Assembly (NCBI RefSeq): GCF_030028105.1
Contig: NC_092384.1
Coordinates: 37,703,553 to 37,767,552 of the forward strand
Direction: 5' to 3'
DNA length: 64,000 nucleotides
From: Mobula birostris
Lineage: Eukaryota
Shown one piece after another: positions 63,201-64,000 of this stretch (positions within the stretch are counted from its first letter, which is position 1; every line of letters begins with the position of its first letter). The translations under genes were made by a program, and so were the position numbers. The notes under the pieces are model-generated. The model did not search any database. It was given only the letters and a program-made list of their open reading frames with translations, and was not told the origin of the DNA.

Positions 63201-64000
63201 ATTACGGATATTTTTGAAATTCACTGTGCCCTGCAGGGAGTTACGTGCTGGAAGCTAAAGAATTTCCATTGTTCGGTAGGAATTAGGTTATTAAAAACTG
63301 AGTGCGAGATTGCTTCTGCGAATCAAAGGAGATGTACAGTAATGGCAACATTAAAGCAGTTTGTGGTTCAGCTGGAGCGACTTGCTTAAATGGACAAGAG
63401 TCTGGCGCCTTCCACTGCCATTACCGTTTTCACCAACAGTATATTATGGTTTTGACTCGGTTTTTGTTTTATTTTCATATTTACTTAAATATTTAGGCGA
63501 ACAGTGCAGTGACTTGAAATAGCTGTTCTCAAATAAAAGCGGAGTTTGCAGGCGACTGTTAAGTTGTATTATTTAAATAAATGACGCCCATCTTTTCCGT
63601 ATAACGTTGATCTGTGTGTTGTAAAACCAATTAGTTTCTCTCAGGAGCTCTGTAATAGTTTGCTGTAGTTGTTCCGTTCTTTTAAGAAGGGAAAAAGAAT
63701 ATTAACGAAAAATAAATAACATTTTGCATAAAGTCGATCCAAGGGTGCTAATTTCAGAGAGTGTTTCAAGCTTGTATTTGCAAGCTTGAAAAAGCTGTTT
63801 GCAGCACTTTTAGCTTAAAGGATAAGTAAGAAGAGGCACAATGAGAGCGGCATTGTGTGCGCAGTCCAATCCAGGCTTGTCCAGAGCTCCATGCTTTGGG
63901 CACGATCGCACACTCAGATTTTTCATTATTCACCATGCGTGCTCTGCACTTGGACAGCGATTTCCTCCGTGATTACGTGTGGCGCGTCTCCCTGCGGGAA

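Noticed and set aside
1-64000. CRISPR arrays, rRNA or prokaryotic operons
   Set aside because: None seen; the DNA is clearly vertebrate with spliceosomal introns.

Overview
AT-rich, repeat-dense vertebrate genomic DNA. The CR1, Rex/Babar, V-SINE and Penelope-type repeats point to a cartilaginous fish, probably a ray (inference). Three intron-containing genes were reconstructed by hand from splice sites and protein similarity. HEATR3 exons 1-5 lie on the minus strand and the gene continues left of the window. CNEP1R1 is complete on the minus strand (125 aa, one U12-type intron). An apparently intact NCOA5-like paralogue (about 363 aa, plus strand) sits head-to-head with CNEP1R1 at a shared CpG-island promoter. 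The CNEP1R1-HEATR3 order matches human 16q12.1, so the TE-poor right end probably approaches ZNF423 (inference). The most unusual item is inside HEATR3 intron 5, where a Tigger-type DNA transposon is split by a 2.6-kb insert. That insert starts with the 3' part of a PPM1B coding exon including its GT donor, continues through intron-like DNA and ends in a co-oriented CR1 3' tail, consistent with retrotransposition of unspliced PPM1B pre-mRNA. Other points: a 3-nt microexon candidate, repeated LLG/LLP motifs in the NCOA5-like tail, hammerhead-like cores in Penelope-type repeats and several long hairpins. No database searches were run; family names come from recalled motifs and repeat boundaries are approximate unless a TSD or TIR is cited.
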